Position numbers and translations under genes: made by a program. Below, in pieces: positions 13,539 to 29,828 of a stretch of DNA of 64,000 bases (position 1 is the first letter of the stretch; the number at the start of each line of letters is the position of its first letter). The notes below the pieces were generated by a model. That model ran no database searches. It was not told the origin of the DNA and was given only the letters and a program-made list of their open reading frames with translations. Location: assembly GCF_009914755.1 (NCBI RefSeq), contig NC_060943.1. One strand, 5' to 3'. Source of the stretch: the human T2T-CHM13v2.0 reference genome, Homo sapiens.

Positions 13539-14611
13539 TATCGGGGGACCTGCCCCGATAATCACATAGGTTCTTTTCTATTTTCCTAAGCGTCAGCTGG
13601 CTTGAGAAATAAAGGGACAGAGTACAAAAGAGAGAAATTTTAAAGCTGGGCGTCTGGGCGAGACATCACACATTGGTAGGATCCTTGATGCCCCACAAGC
13701 CACAAAAACCAGCAAGTTTTTATTAGGGATTTTCAAAAGGGAAGGGAGTGTATGAATAGGTGTGGGTGACAGACATCAAGTATTTAACAGGGTAATAGAA
13801 TATCACAAGGCAGGTGGAGGCAGGGCGAGATCACAGGGCCACAGGACTGAGGCGAAATTAAAATTGCTAATGAAGTTTTAGGCACCACTGTCATTGATAA
13901 CATCTTATCAGGAGACAGGGTTTTGAGATCAACCGGTCTGACCAAAATTTATTAGGCGGGAATTTCCTCTTCCTAATAAGCCTGGGAGCGCTATGGGAGA
14001 CTGGAGTTTATTTCATCTCTGCAATCTCGACCATAAGAGACAGGTACGCCCCGGAGGGGTGGCCAGTTCAGAGACGTACCCCTAGGTGCGCATTCTCTTT
14101 CTCAGGGACGTTCCATGCTGAGAAAAAGAATTCAGCGATATTTCTCCCATTTGCTTTTGAAAGAAGAGAAATATGGCTCTGTTCTGCCCGGCTCACCGGC
14201 GGTCAGAGTTTAAGGTTATCTCTCTTATTCGCTGAATAATTGCTGTTATCCTGTTCTTTTTTCAGGGTGCCCACATTTCATATTGCTCAAACACACATGC
14301 TTTACAATTTTTGTAGTTAACACAATTATTACAGGGTCCTGGAATGATATACATCCTCCTCAACTGACAGGATTAAGAGATTAAAGTAAAGACAGGCATA
14401 GGAAATCACAAGGGTATTGATTGGGGAAGTGGTAAGTGTCCATGAAATCTTTACAATTTATGTTTAGAGATTGCAGTGAAGATAGGCATTAGAAATTACA
14501 GAAGTATTAATTTGGGGAACTAATAAATGTCCCTAAAATCTTCACAATCCACGTTCTTCTGTCATGGCTTCAGCCGTTCCCTCCGTTTGGGGTCCCTGAC
14601 TTCCCGCAACA
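13539..14611 (-). mobile_element. MER11 solo LTR (HERV-K11/HML-8)
   Basis: Minus strand starts TGTTGCGGGAAGTCAGGGACCCC and ends CCCCCGATA; near-perfect 6-bp TSD GATACC/GGTACC. Confidence 0.9.
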
Positions 14612-14990
14612 GGTACCCTTTGGGCCACAGTGAAGAACTGGTGCCCACCACTATGACATAAAGACATAGTACACATCTGTCAATAATGTCCTGCGTGTGT
14701 GCAGGAGAGCCGCAGCCCCTTGCTGCATGATACTGGGCAGATCAGCCAGGGTCGGAGCCTGGCTCCGTGGTGGCAGGTAGACTATATAGGACCTTTGCCC
14801 GTATCTGATGGCTGCTGCTATGCCTTGACTTGTGCAGACCCCTACAATGGGGCTAATGCAGGCATATCCCAGCAAGCGTGCCACCCAGAAAACCACCATA
14901 AAAAGACTAGAGCAGCTGTGTGCAACATATGGCATCCCCTTCCGATATGGACGGGGACCAGGGCTCACACTTTACTGGACAAAAATACAT
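14612..14990 (+). mobile_element. ERV-L-class pol fragment 3 (integrase core)
   Basis: ORF 14699.. contains WQVDYIGPLPVSDGCCYALTCAD, the class III integrase motif. Confidence 0.85.
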
Positions 14991-14995
14991 TATCT

Positions 14996-15370
14996 ATTAT
15001 GGACTGAATGTTTATGTCTTCCCCAGAATTTGTATGTTGAAGCCCTGAAACCCACTGTAGCTGTAATTGAATGTGGAGCCTCTAAGGAAGTGCTTGAGGT
15101 CATAAGGGTAGGGCCCTGATCTGATAGGATTGGTGTCCTTATAAGAAGAGCCACCAGAGAGCTTGTACTCTCCCTGCACACACAAAAGAAGAGGCCATGT
15201 CAGCACACAGTGAGAGGGCGGCTGTCTGCAGGCCAGAAAGAGAGCCCTCAACAGAAACGGCATTGACCAGCACCTTGATCTTAGACTTCCAGCCTCCAGA
15301 GTGTGAGAAAATTAACTTCTGTTGTTTAAGCCACCCAGTCTGTGGTATTTTGTTATGGCAGCCTAAGTGT
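14996..15370 (+). mobile_element. MaLR LTR (MLT1A-like)
   Basis: TATGGACTGAATGTTTATGTC start, GATTGGTGTCCTTATAAGAAGAG, ends TGTTATGGCAGCC. Confidence 0.8.
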
Positions 15371-15747
15371 CCTACTATGATATCTTAATATGTATTATCT
15401 AGAAGGAGGAAAGGCTAAAACAAAGTCAAAGCCGTGAATACCGAGGACTACGGGCACATACCACCATGCCAGCTAATTTTTGTATTTTTTTAGAGACTAG
15501 GTCTCGCTGTGTTGCCCATCTTGGTCTCAAACTCCTGGCCTCAAATGATTCTCTTGCCTGGGCCTCCCAAAGCACTGAGATTACAGGCATGAGCTGCCAA
15601 TACCCAGACAAGGATTACATGATTGTTTTGAAAAACATTATCGTTGGTTAAAAAGATTAATAACAAGGGTGGCATCAGTTTTGAGTTTGGACAGGCAGTT
15701 GCTGGGCAAATGTCTGGTCTTATTTAAAGCATTTCACTCTTATGTTT

Positions 15748-16200
15748 TTGAGAAAAGAACTTTTATCTAAGGAATGAAAATATTTTCAATTTTCAGGCCC
15801 AGAGAGGCATTAAAATGAGACATCCAATCATGTCATACTCCTCCCTTTGAGCTATATCTTCATCTCTGGAAACTGCTTGCTATTGCCACAAGTAGCTATA
15901 AATTAACCTAATAATGCCACACCTGACACTATAACCCACACCCTATAACTTAATAATATGTAGCCAGTCACTAACCAGTGCCATTTCTGTAAACCCATGA
16001 AAACTGACAAACAACTTTGTATCAACCCCACTGCTTGTCCCCCTTTTTTTGCCTTTAAACATCCACTTGTAACTGCTGCTAAGCAGAGTGTGCATTCAGT
16101 GCAACTTGCATCCATGATCCCAGGTTGCAGTTCTCAAGCTTGGCCCAAATAAAGTTCTACTTATATAATTTTGCTTCAGCTTCTTCCTTTAAGGTTGGCA
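15748..16200 (+). mobile_element. ERV1/MER4-group solo LTR (LTR54-like)
   Basis: TGAGAAAAGAACTTTTATCT start; AATAAA and ...AAGGTTGGCA end. Subfamily from memory. Confidence 0.6.
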
Positions 16201-16272
16201 TATCCTACATGCTGTAATTTTTTTCCCTGTTTTTTTCTGTACTTATTTTTCCTGAATAGATCAGTAGATTGA

Positions 16273-16284
16273 GTGTGTGTGTGT

Positions 16285-16326
<42 letters not shown>
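16273..16326. repeat. (TG)n microsatellite
   Basis: Directly visible. Confidence 0.95.
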
Positions 16327-16327
<1 letters not shown>

Positions 16328-16974
16328 CCTTTTTTCTCCACTAAGATTATTTGGAAACTATGTGTTTGTTTGCCCACTGGTTGCTATATCCAACATAGTG
16401 GGACCCTAGCTCCACAAATTTTTCTTTTTTAATTAGCCAGGTCTGGTGGCATGTACCTGTAGTCCTAGCTTCTCAGAAGGCTGAGGCTGAAAGATCACTT
16501 GAGCCAGGAGGTCAAGGCTGCAGTGAGCTATGATTGCACCAGTGCACTCCAGTCTGGGCAACAGAGCATGACTCTATCTCTAAAAAATAAAATAAATTAA
16601 AAATGTTTTCAGAAATCTTTAAGACCTTAAAAATAGAATTGCCCAATCCAATATAAATTGAATTTCAGTGGACTAAATTAGGTGAATCAACCTGAAGACA
16701 GTAGAAATATCAAGATTGTTTCAATTGAATGCAGTGATAGAGAAAGAACAATGACCATAAAAATACAAAGTAAAATAAAGGCCATACACTCTAAAGCAAA
16801 AATAATGCCACTCAAAAGAAGAAAGTGGAGAGAGAGAGTGAATAGATGTTTTCAAGGTGGATAAATAAATAAATCTGTATTGGTGATAGTGTTGGAGACC
16901 TAATGAGAACAAAACTAGGAGTAATTGTATGAGAATATGGGTGAGCAAAGAATAATGCCTTTATTTAAATAAAG

Positions 16975-17240
16975 TACTTTGGGAGGCCAAGGTGGGCGGA
17001 TCACCTGAGGTCAGGAGTTCAAAACCACCCTGGCCAACAAGGAGAAACCCTGTCTCTACTAAAAATACAAAAATCAACCAGGTGTGGTGGTGGGTGCCTG
17101 TAATCCCAGCTACTCAGAAGGCTGAGGCAGGAGAATTGCTTGAACCCGGGAGTCAGAGGTTACAGTGAGCTGAGATCATGCCATTGCACTGCAGTCTAGG
17201 CAACAGAGTGAGACTCTGTCTCAAAAAAAAAAAAAAAAAA
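16975..17240 (+). mobile_element. AluSx-like, 5'-truncated
   Basis: GGATCACCTGAGGTCAGGAG, poly-A tail. Confidence 0.88.
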
Positions 17241-17609
17241 TGGAGATAACACCCTAGAATTGCCAGAATTTAATCTTTTCAAGTATTTGTATGATTTGCT
17301 TTCAAATAAATGGTACCTAGTGAGATCTTTGCTAATGTCCTGCAAGAAACATTCCAAATTGATCTCAGATTTTCTGCCCAAGTAGTAGAAATTGAATGAC
17401 TAGCTCAGTTTCTGAACATTCTGGGTGGCTAGAAGGGGGATGCAAGGGCTCCATGGCACCATATGGGAGATATGAAAAATAAAATAGGGATAGCTAAATG
17501 ACATGTCCAGGGTAGCTTACTAAGTGGGTGCACCGAGAGAGAGTAAGAATCGGGCTCTCAAGCTTGAGACTCACTGTGTTGGTGTCACTCACTGTTGTGT
17601 ATCAGTGAT

Positions 17610-18640
17610 TGTTGTGGGAAGTCAGGGAACCCGAATGGAGGGACCTGCTGAAGCCGTAACAGAAGAACATAAATTGTGAAGATTTCATGGACATTTATCA
17701 CTTCCCCAATCAATACTCTTATAATTTCCTATGCCTATCTTTAATCTCTTAATCCCATCATCTTCATAAGCTGAGGATGTATGCTGCCTCAGGACCCTGT
17801 GATGATTGCATTAACTGCACAAATTGTTCGTAAAGCATGTGTGTTTGAACAGTTTGAAATCTGGGCACCTTAAGAACAGGATAACAGTGATTTTCAGGGA
17901 ACAAGGGAGATAACCTTAAAGTCTGGCTGCCTGTGGGCTGGGCAGGACAGAGCCATATTTCTCTTATTACGGAAAACAGGTAAGAGAAATATTGCTGAAT
18001 TCTTTTCCCAGTAAGGAATATTAATAATTAACAGCCCTGGGAAAATAATGCCTTCCCAGGGGGGCCTCTAAAATGGCCACTCTGGGGGTGTCTGCCTTAT
18101 GCAGTTGCAGATAAGGGATGAAACACGCTCTGGCCTCCTGCAGCACCCCCAGGCTTGCTAGGATTAGGAAATTCCAGCCTGGCGAATTCTAGTCAGACCA
18201 GTTCTCTGCTCTTGAACCCTGTTAAGATGTTTATCAATGACAATGTGTGCACGGCGGGACATGAAACTTCATTAGTGATTTTAGTTTCACCCTGACCTTG
18301 TGATCTCGCCCTGACCTTCTGCCCTTGTGATCTTTTGTCGCCCTTGAAGCATGTGATCTCTGTGACCCACACCCTATTCGTACACTCCTTCCCCTTTGAA
18401 AATTGCTAATAAAACCCTATTTGTACACTCCCTCCCCTTTGAAAATTGCTAATAAAAACTTGCTGGTTTTATGGCTCAGGGGGCATCATGGAACCTGCCG
18501 ACCTGTGATGTCTTCCCCAGACACCAAGCTTTACCATTTCTTTCTTTTGTACTCTTTCGCTTTATTTCTCAGACTGGCCGACACTTAGGGAAAACAGAAA
18601 AGAACCTACGTTGAATTATCGGGGGCTGCTTCCCCCGATA
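17610..18640 (+). mobile_element. MER11 solo LTR (HERV-K11/HML-8)
   Basis: TGTTGTGGGAAGTCAGGGA...TTCCCCCGATA with perfect 6-bp TSD AGTGAT (17604-17609, 18641-18646). Confidence 0.92.
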
Positions 18641-20749
18641 AGTGATAGCCTGAATGAGTCACTTTCTGGGTCAAGAGCCAGGAGCTAAGTCAAGGGGAGT
18701 CAGCCAGAGGGAGGTGCTATTCAAGACCAGATTATGGGTGGGGTTCAGATTGACAGAGAGAAGAAGCTATTGGGCAAGAGTGGTGACTTGCTCACTCAGA
18801 TGAGTTCGAAGATAATCTCTACTGATAAAACAATCAAACTTAGACCATACCATTCATGGAATGACATGGAGATGCACATTTCAGAGTATTGTGTCTTATT
18901 TTTCTCTATCTCCATTTTCTGTCAGGGCAAATTAACTCTGAGTACAATTTACAACTGCCTTCTCTTCCTTGGACTCAGCATAGCTCTCAGCAGTCTCCTG
19001 TCTTATAGGGACAGCCTGCTGTTTCTCATATTCCATAGGTCTAGTCTATTGTTGACTTACCCAACCTCTCAAGGAGAAAATGCGAGTACACTTACTTTAT
19101 CTTTTGATAACTCCCTTCTTGAACTCCCCATCAGTATGAAGCTCACCCTGTTGAATGGCCTAGATGGAGGATATTACAAGGAACCAAAAGGACATTCAGG
19201 AAAAGTGAGAATTTTTTTTACCAAGTGATAAGTTTTATAAGAATGAAAAGTGGGTGCCGTACAGGTAAAATTGGTGCAAATAATATATTGTTACACCAGA
19301 AGGAATTTGAAGCTCTGAAGAACTTTCACCAGGAATCTGAATTGCAAAAAAAAAATTATGTGTGATGAAGATTAATGATAGAAACATCCCTAATTCAAAA
19401 GGTCTTATTTTTGCTTTGGATTAAGCATGCAAAAATCTGGAGTAGTCCTTGGCAGGAAGTGTTCTTGCTGTTGACTCCAGAGATACGGACTTTGGAAGTG
19501 GAAGCCATTAACCTGGATGTAACTGAATGGTTATATAGTCTAAGGTAGAAGAAATCGTGTAAAGCCTGATAGTAAAAAGTGGCAAATTGTCCTGATTATC
19601 AAGGGGGGAATTGGGTAGTTACTACACAATCGGCAGAAGAGAGTATAACTATACCACTCACACAAGGCATTCTGTGGGATGCCTCTTAGAACTCCCACGT
19701 CCCATTGTAAAACATGGGAAAATGATAATAATCCATTACAGGAAGGACTCCTGAGGGAATGTATACTTCATGAAGACGTGAGTAACTTCACCAGGTTAAA
19801 AAATCACAGCCAGTTGAGGTGTTTGCTGAGAGCATAGGGATTATGGAATGGATAGTGGAAGAAATTTTTTTTCAGGTGGAGTTCTGTTACGTTCCCCAGG
19901 CTGGTCTTGAACTCCGGAACTCAAATGAGCCTCCCACCTCAGCCACCTGAGTAGCTGGGATTACAGGCATGTGCCACTGTGTCTAACTTGAAAGAGGAAA
20001 TTTTTAAATGCCAGCTTTAGCCTCAAGGCCAGCTGCTGAAACAAGGACTAAGTTAGATATTTATATAATCTTCCTCACTTTGATGTGTATATATATATAT
20101 ATTTTTTCAGACAAGGTCTCGCTCTGTCATGTAGACTGGAGTGCAGTGGTGCGATCTTGGCTCACTGTAACCTTCACTTTCCAGGTTCATGCAATCCTAC
20201 CACCTCAGCCCTCTGAGTAGCTCTACAGACATGTGCCACCATGCCCAGCTGATGTGAATATAGTTTCTGTATTAACTGAGTCCTCTGCTTTTTGTCTCAG
20301 TGCCTTCATACCCCTCTATGTAATATAGGTTTATATTGGTTGATCCTTGGTATTTATAGCATGAAAGAGCAAAAGGGGTTGTTAGTCATCTGGGAGACGG
20401 ACTAGCATTTTCAAATATCTCTTCCATAGAGAAGATTAAAGGTCTTTGGGTTGTAAAATGAATAGTTGCATCACATTAGGTGGAAAATAGTATTGTTGCT
20501 GCTTTTATTTGGAAGTTGAAAATGTCTACAGATGCTTATTTTTGAATGGGGTGGACTGTGCTAGACTTTCTGTTGTCAACGTGTCCCCAACACCACTGTT
20601 CCTTCTGAAGTGGGAACCACGTTTTCCAGAATCACTTCCCCTATATGGAGCCCAGAAGGTGAATTGTATGATGTGGAAAATTCAGGAATAACAAGCACTA
20701 TCGTATCCTCATGTGATTCACGTTCTGACCCATTATAAAGCAGACTACC

Positions 20750-21152
20750 TCTGTTGGTCCATTTCCATTGCTATAAATGAATACCTGAGGCTTGGCAATT
20801 TATAAGGAAAAGAGATTTAATTGGCTCACGGTTCTATAAGCTGTACAGGAAGCATGGTGCCAGCATCTGATTCTGGTGAGGGCCTTGGGAAGCTTACAAT
20901 ATGGCAGAAGGCAAAGGAGGAGCAGTCACGTCACATGGCAAGACAGAGAACAGGAGAGATGTCAGACTCAAGTCACCAGCTCTTGCACAAAGTAACAGGG
21001 TGAGAACTCACTTATTACTGTGAGGAGGGCACCAAGACATTTGTGAGGAATCTCCTCCCATGACCAAAACACCTCCCCAGGCCTCACCTCCAACATTGGG
21101 GATCACACTTTAACATGAGAGTTGGAGGGGACACACATCCAAACTGTATCAC
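20750..21152 (-). mobile_element. MaLR LTR (MSTA/MSTB-like)
   Basis: GGCTCACGGTTCT...GAAGCTTACAAT...CACCTCCAACATTGGGGAT...CCAAACTGTATCA. Confidence 0.82.
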
Positions 21153-22919
21153 AGACAAGGGCAGGAAATTGTAAACTTTCATAACCAGAGCTAGATTGTG
21201 CCCCAACCACAGATGCTGTGCCAGATGTTGTGTCTTTATTGGGGCAAATCAAAACAGAGTTTGATACTTGGTATGCAATTATTGATCTGGCAGTTGTGTT
21301 CTTACCAAAACCCTGCAGCCTCAAGTGTGTCTGGGCAAAGATGGAGCTGGGGTAAAGTCCTTTGGACTGGGTATGAGCCCATGGACGAGAACATGCATAT
21401 GGAGTCAAGTCCTGGGAAGGCCACCTAGAGGAGGGAGCAGAAACAGGACAGATGAGCAGGTAGCACCCCTGCCTGCCTGGGCTGAGAAAGGACTTAGCAC
21501 TGGCGAATACAGACCCACCTTTTCCTCACCCAGAAAAGCACAAGTGAGCTATCACAGGACCTGGAGTCGAGGTAGGACCGACCACAGAATTTTCAGGGCT
21601 CAGTGCAAAGTGAACATGCAGCGCTGCTTGTTCAATATGTGTTTTGGATTTCAACACAGTGACAGCAGAGCATAAAACCAACACCGGGCCCTTGTAAGTG
21701 CAGGGGACCCGCCCTTGTGGCTGGCTCTGGAGATCCACATCCTGAGATCTGACACGAGATTACAATTATGTAAGAACTCTTCCTCCCTGTTTTTCCAGAA
21801 CAAAAACTACATAGAGGGAGGAGGAATAAAATATCAGGTGGGAAAGAAAGAAGTGGCTGGTAACACCCTCAGCATAGCTGAAAGTTTCCCAATCATGGAA
21901 AAACTGGATGTTGGTGGGAAAACATTGAGGACTCGTCCTCAATTTTCCCTAGTGACAAGTAAAGGCACCTCCATATAATAAATGTATGAGGAGTGGGTAG
22001 GGCAATAGGAAAGACGTTTCCCCAGTGCTCCTCACACTTGATATCCTCTGACATTTATGCTTCTAACCCTGGGGTTGGGAGCTGTCAAAAATGCAGCCCA
22101 GTCTCTCAGACCCTCTTTGGAACTGGCAGGTGACTCCAACCAAATTCCCAGATTAACTCTCTAAATTCCCATCCTCTTCTGGAATGTGGCTCGGTAATTG
22201 CTCATTACTTTGTTAGGTCATTGATGCTTTTAAGATGTTTTTGTATTTTGTTCAGCTTCTTTTATTGTCTTTAGCAAAAGGATTGATCCAAATTACCAGG
22301 TCTGATATTACTACAAACCAAGACCAATTATCTGAATTTTAAAATCTTTAAAGCTTGCTTGTCAAGAATCTGGGTGTTCAAATATTGTGATATTTGAAGT
22401 CTGAGAAGTACAAGAATGATAGAAGAGTTTTTAAAAATTAGTAAATTATTAATAACTTGGTCTATATATTCCTCCCAGAGAAGTAATATATTAATACATG
22501 AATCTGTCTCTGAAAACTAATAATGTCTAACACTTATCGAGCACATAATATATCCAAAATATTACCCTAATTTTCTTATATGTATTACCTTATTTTATTC
22601 TCCCAGCACATTTATCTGTTAATACTAATTCCTATTTCAAACTTACAGATAATAAAATTGAATAATTCACAGTGAGGTTAAGCAGCTGACTCAGGACTAC
22701 AAAGATAGTAAGAATCAGAATCAGCATTTGAACCCAAAGTATCTAACTGTAGAGCCCAGGTTCTTAAACATCACTCTACAATGCCTCCATGCAGGGCAGG
22801 GAATAGAGTTGAATGAGAGAGGTATACATCTCTGGTGCAAAATTTAAGAGGGTGTCAAAAAATGAGTAAGGTAATACTTTGTGCCAAAAAATGAATAAGA
22901 TAAGTAATACTTTGTGCAA

Positions 22920-23528
<609 letters not shown>

Positions 23529-25174
23529 CACTATTTTTAAAAATCAAAATTAAAGCCAAAAAAAAAAAAAGAAAAGAAAACTGGAGAAGGATCCAATTGG
23601 ATGACTAGATGCAGGTAGTATGTGCCTCTTCCACAGAGAGGAACAAAAACAGGAAGTAGATATTCACATTTTGAATATATTGTTTAGGAGAGAATTCTAG
23701 CATTGACCAGGCAAGAGACAGGAAACAGCAGAAGTAAGTAACAAGAGGGTTTGAGGCCACTCGCCCACTTGGGGACACACTGAGAGCTGGAGATGCTCTA
23801 GGATGCAGGAAAACAGTGAGAGAGAAACCCGCAGGGATCCAAAATGAGCTTTTATAATCTTGACTCTGGGAGAAACCCTCAACCACTAAGGCCACAGGCC
23901 TGACATACAGAGCTGCCTAAAGATTGCACAGGGCCATTGCTGCAGAAAGGGAGCCCTCACAGAAGCCCACAGGCATCTGAACCTGGAATAACCTCAACTG
24001 GGAGCCATTTGAGAGCCCAGATGCCAGGGATCTACACATGTGGGTGCTGCTCCTAGGGGGAAGTGGGGATCCTAGGGGCTGTCATTCACCCCTGGGAGGG
24101 TCCCTGCCACCCTGCAGCAGGCTGCTGTTGAGACTGCGATGTGACCGGACCACACTCCCCCCAGCCTGTTGCCCATGCTGCTTGCCTGAGATGCGCCCCA
24201 TCCTCTCTGGTCCAAGGCTGAAAGCACCATTTTCAGTTTATCACTGGGCTGCACCCCACATTCAGGCCAAGTTGGAGGCAATGTGACTGAATCTATTGCC
24301 CAGTTGGGAGAAGAAAAGGGGAGTCCAAGCTCTTCTAAGCACACGCATTACCCTACCCACTGCCCTTATCACTTTATGTGGTTCCAGATATCTTGAAGGT
24401 TTTGCTCATTCTTCATTCTTTTTTAGCCCTTAATTTTGTTTGACTGGATTGTTTCAAAAGATCTGTCCTCTACTAAAAAAAAAAAATAGCTGGGCATGGT
24501 GGTGCAAACCTGTAGTTACAGCTACTCGGGAGGCTGGGGTGGCAGGATTGCTTGAGGTGGAGTTCGAGACCAGCCTGGCCAACATGGTGAAACCCTGTCT
24601 CTACTGAAAATACAAAAATTAGCGGTGTGGTGGTGGGCACCTATAATCCCAGCTAATGGGGAGGCTGAGGTGGGAGGATCACTTGAGCCTGGGAGGCAGA
24701 GGTTGTAGTGAGCTGAGATCGTACCACTACCCTCCAGCTTGGATGATAGAGTGAGACTCCGTCTCAAAACAATATACAGATAGTTTACTTAATCCTTTAT
24801 CAAATGTGTACTGAACTAGGAATCAGGCAATGTAATATATATATACATATATATATACGCATTATATATAAAATACTCCACATAAGAATAAAAAAAGATG
24901 TAATTATGCACATCAGGCCATCAAAGAATGAGAAAGAATGAGAAAACTCTTGGGGACATGGTCCAAGGTAGTCAAGAGCCCCAACATTTTAGGGTCCAGG
25001 GACCCTTCCAGATCCCTTTGGAGAGTCCTCCTACCCCTCACTCCCTGCTGTCCTGTGATTCCACCCCCACCTGGACACAGGAGGGTGAGGATGGAGGCTG
25101 CAGCTGGGGGAGATGAGGGGCACTGCAGATGGGCTGGGAGATGCAGTGGGGCAGTGAGAGACCAGGAGGAGCTC

Positions 25175-26365
<1,191 letters not shown>

Positions 26366-26439
26366 CAGTGAGTAGAGCAGAGAGAAGAGGCAGAGAGAGA
26401 AGACCAGGGTGGGAGAGACGAGGATAGGTGAGGAGAGGA

Positions 26440-26825
26440 GGAGAAAGAGGCAGGGCTGCAGGGGTCCGGGCAGATCTGGTTGTGGGGTGGGGGGTCTGTG
26501 AGAGGCAGGGATGCAGGGGTCTGGGCAGAACTAGTTGTGGGGTGCAGAGTCTGTGAGAGGCAGGACTGCAGGGTGAGCTCTGAGCAGAGCTGGTCATGGG
26601 GTGGGGAGTCTGTGAGAGGCAGGGGTGCAGGAGTCTGAGCAGAGCTGGTTGTGGGGTGCGGGGTCTGTGAGAGGCAGGGCTGCAGAGGTGCAGGTGTCTG
26701 AGCAGAGCTGGTCATAGGGTGGGGGGGGTCTGTGAGAGGCAGGGGTGCAGGAGTCTGAGCAGAGCTGGTTGTGGTGTGCGGGGTCTGTGAGAGGCAGGGG
26801 TTTGCAGGAGGGGAAGGATCTGAGC
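26440..26825. repeat. G-rich minisatellite, about 6 copies of a 54-66 bp unit
   Basis: Recurrent GTCTGTGAGAGGCAGG...TGCAG...TCTGAGCAGAGCTGGT...GGGGTG. Confidence 0.9.
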
Positions 26826-27000
26826 AGCCTGACTTGGGCTCGGGTGGGGTCCTCCTTACTTGACGTGCAGCTGCTGGTCTCCACTCTGCTCAGTCAGGCT
26901 TCACATCGGGTCTGATGAATCCGAGCACAGCAGGAAAGAGGGTAGAATGGAAGAGCATTTATGAGGATGGGTGGATCGTTTACTGAACAGTGGCATCTCA

Positions 27001-27849
<849 letters not shown>

Positions 27850-27894
27850 CAGTATTTTGATAATTTTAAAATAGCCTTTTATATTTACTACATT

Positions 27895-28460
27895 TGTATT
27901 AGTCAAGGTTCTCTAGAGGACACAACTAATAGGATATATGTATATATGAAAGGGAGTTTATTAAGGAGAATTGACTCACATGACTGTAAGGTGAAGTCCC
28001 ACAATAGGCATCTGCAAGCTGAGGAGCAAGGAAGCCAGCAGTGGCTCAGTCTGAGTCCCAAAACCTGAAAAATATGACAGTGAAGCTGACGGTGCAGGCT
28101 TCAGTCTGTGGCGGAAGCCCTGAGAGCACCTGGCAAACCACTGGTGTAAGTCCAAGGGTCCAAAAGTCAAAGAACCTGAAGTCTTGATGTTCAAGAGCAG
28201 GGAAGCATCCAGCACAGAAGAAAGATGAAGGCCTGGACGACTCAGCAAGTTGACTCATTCCGTTTTCTTTGGCCTACTTTTCCTAGCTGGGCTGGCAGCC
28301 GATTGGATGGTGCCCCCCCAGATTGAGGGTGGGTCTGCTGCTCCCAGTGCACTGACTCAGATGTGAATCTCCTCTGGCAATGCCCTCTCAGACACACCTA
28401 GCAACAATATTTTGCATTCTTGTATTCAATCAAGTTGATACTTAATATTTGCCATCCCAA
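27895..28460 (-). mobile_element. MLT2 (HERV-L) solo LTR
   Basis: TGTATTAGTCAAGGTTCTCTAGAGG...GCATCCAGCACAG...CAATCAAGTTGA. Confidence 0.85.
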
Positions 28461-28463
28461 CAT

Positions 28464-29241
28464 TGAAACCTCCTTTGCAGAATTATAAGTAAGGAGAGAA
28501 ATCAAACATGACTGACTCCATCTTGCTTCCAGCCTCACTGCTACATTTGGTTGTGTGTTGTGTGTTTTCTGTTTTATTTATTTATTTATTTCTTATTCCA
28601 GCACAGAGACCAAGATAACTATGAGAGGAATTTAACTTATAGTTCAACTTGCAGACAAGGGAAACTGACCCTCCTTCTTGTCCAGAGATTGAAGCCACAT
28701 TCATAAGGTGAGTTTAAAATTATGGAAGGGGACTTGAATTTTGCTAAAGAATAGGCGTGGTCAAACAATGACCTGCCATCACTTAACTTGTTTTTCTATA
28801 AGTTGCTTCCTGCCCCAGAGTCACATAACAGGGGGTTGCAAGATTTATAACTTCCCCAACTACCTCTGTAGATCACATCACTATTGTGAAACCTAAAGCA
28901 CTGATCTTTGAGAGAGTTTTCAGATTTAGCACTTCGGCAGACCCAGGGCTGCCGCCTGGTCCTGAGACTCCCTCCCAGGAACTGACTCAGCTGCGTAAAG
29001 ACAGCTTTAGACGTCCCTGTGATGTCATCAACTGTTTCAGTTTCCCAGCTCCCTGCCTGTCAAAGGATCCTTAAAAAGCCCTGGCCCCCAAATTCTTGGA
29101 GAGACGGGTTTGAGGAGTTTCTCTCTGTTTTCCTTGCTTGGCTAGCCATGAAATAACAAAAGTCTTTGCAACAATACTGGTTGTTCTCAGTATATTTGGC
29201 TCTCTGGGCAGTGGGCAAGGTGAACTTGTAGGATTGTTACA
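28464..29241 (+). mobile_element. ERV1 solo LTR (LTR26/LTR8-like)
   Basis: TGAAACCTCCTTTGCAGAATTAT...GACTCCATCTTGCTTC start; GGGCAAGGTGAACTTGTAGGATTGTTACA end. Confidence 0.7.
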
Positions 29242-29451
29242 ACCTGATTACCTTCCCAGTACCTCTCCTTTCTCCCTCCAGATCTGGTCTCCAGTCAGAC
29301 ATCATTTTCTTTCATTAGGAAGAACTTTCTTTTTAGCATCTCCTATAATACATGTTCACTGGCAACAATTTCCCTGAACTTTTGTGTGCATAAAAATATA
29401 CTCATTTTATATCATTATTTTTGAATGGTATTTTCAGTGGATAAAGAATTC

Positions 29452-29828
<377 letters not shown>

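Noticed and set aside
13539-18640. MER11 pair as one HERV-K11 provirus
   Set aside because: Opposite orientation, separate TSDs, no HML-8 internal sequence between them.
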